From Torpedo marmorata (Eukaryota), in contig OZ360231.1 of the NCBI GenBank assembly GCA_977017645.1, positions 54,932,001 through 54,996,000 on the forward strand: a stretch of DNA of 64,000 nt. The letters run 5' to 3'. A program made the translations under genes and the position numbers. The notes below the pieces were generated by a model. The model saw nothing but the letters and a program-made list of their open reading frames with translations. It was not told the DNA's origin and did no database searches. Shown here one piece after another: positions 62,529 to 64,000 of this stretch (the first letter of the stretch is position 1; each line of letters begins with the position of its first letter).

Positions 62529-64000
62529 GGGGGTCACATGATGCGAAGATAGGGAGAAGACGCTGACCCAAGGGCTCCTGGAAAAAGCAAGATTTAAAGC
62601 CATTTAAAACATTCAACTTAATATAAAACTGATAAATACCTTTCCCAAGATGGGTAAGAAGATCAAGAACCCAATCGCTGTGGAGGAAGGGGCCACCGGA
62701 TCGCCGACATCGGCGAGTGATTCTCCTCGCGGGAGCAGCAGTTCGGGAACCTCCAGAGCCTTCGTCATGGAGCGGGTGAGTGGGGCCCCAGAACCCACGT
62801 CACAAGACATTCTGAATGCTGTGCAAGCTCTCGCAGGCAGAATCACGGGGCTGGAGGAAAGAATTTCTGGGCTCGACGCCAAGTTTTCTGGGCAGGATGC
62901 CAAGTTTAAAGAGATCGCAGAGGGGATTAAAAAGATCAAGAGCTCCTTTGGAGTTTTAACCTCCCGCGTGGGGGAGGTGGAAGAAAAAATGGAGGGCATC
63001 TAAGAAAGGTTAGAGAAGCACGAAGACAGCGTGGATGCCTGGAAACTGGAGAGGGACGAAATCCTAAATAAAATTGACAGGCTGGAAAACTTCAGCAGGA
63101 AAAACAATATTAGAATAATTGGTCTGAAGGAAGGGCGAGAGGGCAAAGATCCAGTGAAATTTTTTGACGGGTGGATCCCAAACATCCTGGGCCAAGAAAA
63201 TTTAAACAAAACTTTATCCATAGAAAGGGCCCACCGGATCCTCGGACCCCAGCCAGACTCAGGTCAACGGCCAAGACCATTCCTGGTGCGGTTGTTAAAT
63301 CACCAGGACCGGGAGAGGATTCTACGCGCGGCAGCCACACATACAAGAGAAGTTGGTGGGCCCACTGATCCAGAGGGGAAGAAGGTGTTTTTTTTTCCAG
63401 ACCTGAGCGTGGCCTTAGTGAAGCGTCGGTAGGCGTTCAACGCAGTAAAGCGGCAACTGAGAGCGAAGGAGATTCCATATGCGCTACTCCACCCCGCGAC
63501 GCTGAGGCTCGACACAACAGAAGAAGGCAGAAAATTCTTCAAGACGCCCCAGGAAGCTTCAGACTTTGTTCAAAACCTTCCAATGATAAAAGAACTTTGG
63601 CATATATTAAAAAGTTGAAAGTAGATATAGCTTTTTTACAAGAAACTCATTTGACAGATATTGAACATCAAAAATTGAAAAGAGATTGGGTAGGGCACGT
63701 TATAGCTTCGTCATTTAATTCTAGGGCTAGAGGAGTAGCTATTTTAGTAAATAAAAAGTTACCTTTTAAGATACAATCGAAAGTGATCGATACGGCAGGA
63801 AGATATGTTCTGATATATTGTCAAATTTATTCAGAATTTTGGACTCTTATGAATTTATATGTGTCAAATCCTGATGATGAACAATTTATTCAAGATGCTT
63901 TTTTACATCTATCGGATGCTAAAGAAAATATTTTAATTGGTGGAGATTTTAATTGTTGTTTAAATCCAATAATGGATAAAACTTCTAAAACATCTGTTAG
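62529..64000 (+). mobile_element. L1-like LINE 5' end (ORF1 relic joined by deletion to the ORF2 endonuclease); runs off the window
   Basis: G-run start; ORF1 coiled coil and DRLENFSRKNNIRIIGLKE...IERAHR...FFPDLS with stops. At ~63590 it jumps to LAYIKKLKVDIAFLQETH. Confidence 0.88.

Overview
Vertebrate genomic DNA, very probably from a cartilaginous fish. This is inferred from the repeat content: V-domain tRNA-SINEs, CR1, Rex1/Babar, Penelope and AT-rich L1/Tx1. Two spliced host genes lie on the minus strand. The first is the last three exons of a matriptase-subfamily type II transmembrane serine protease (56591-56862, 45023-45159, 24796-24969). The second is exons 1-4 of a C3orf52/TTMP-like membrane protein (14241-14348, 6632-6785, 3433-3599, 2288-2358). 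This order resembles the human TMPRSS7-C3orf52 neighbourhood. The last protease intron holds a retroelement nest: a Gmr1-like Gypsy (26475-41387) containing a very young 4.76-kb Gypsy in its 5' LTR (26924-31687) and an L1-like LINE in its pol region (34051-38329). An older relative of the small Gypsy lies at 49448-53936. The most interesting signal is that both small Gypsy elements lack a tRNA primer-binding site. In its place each has a 12-16 nt sequence perfectly complementary to its own LTR segment containing the poly(A) signal, with compensatory changes between the two. This points to tRNA-independent self-priming, possibly coupled to poly(A) occlusion at the 5' LTR. Other notable items are a YY1/ETS motif array inside the gag-pol linker, an orphan CpG promoter with a splice donor, a 5S-rRNA-derived SINE and a GC-rich element that share Rex1-like tails, and Penelope hammerhead-like motifs. 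Everything was read by eye; boundaries of degraded repeats are approximate and no database search was run.
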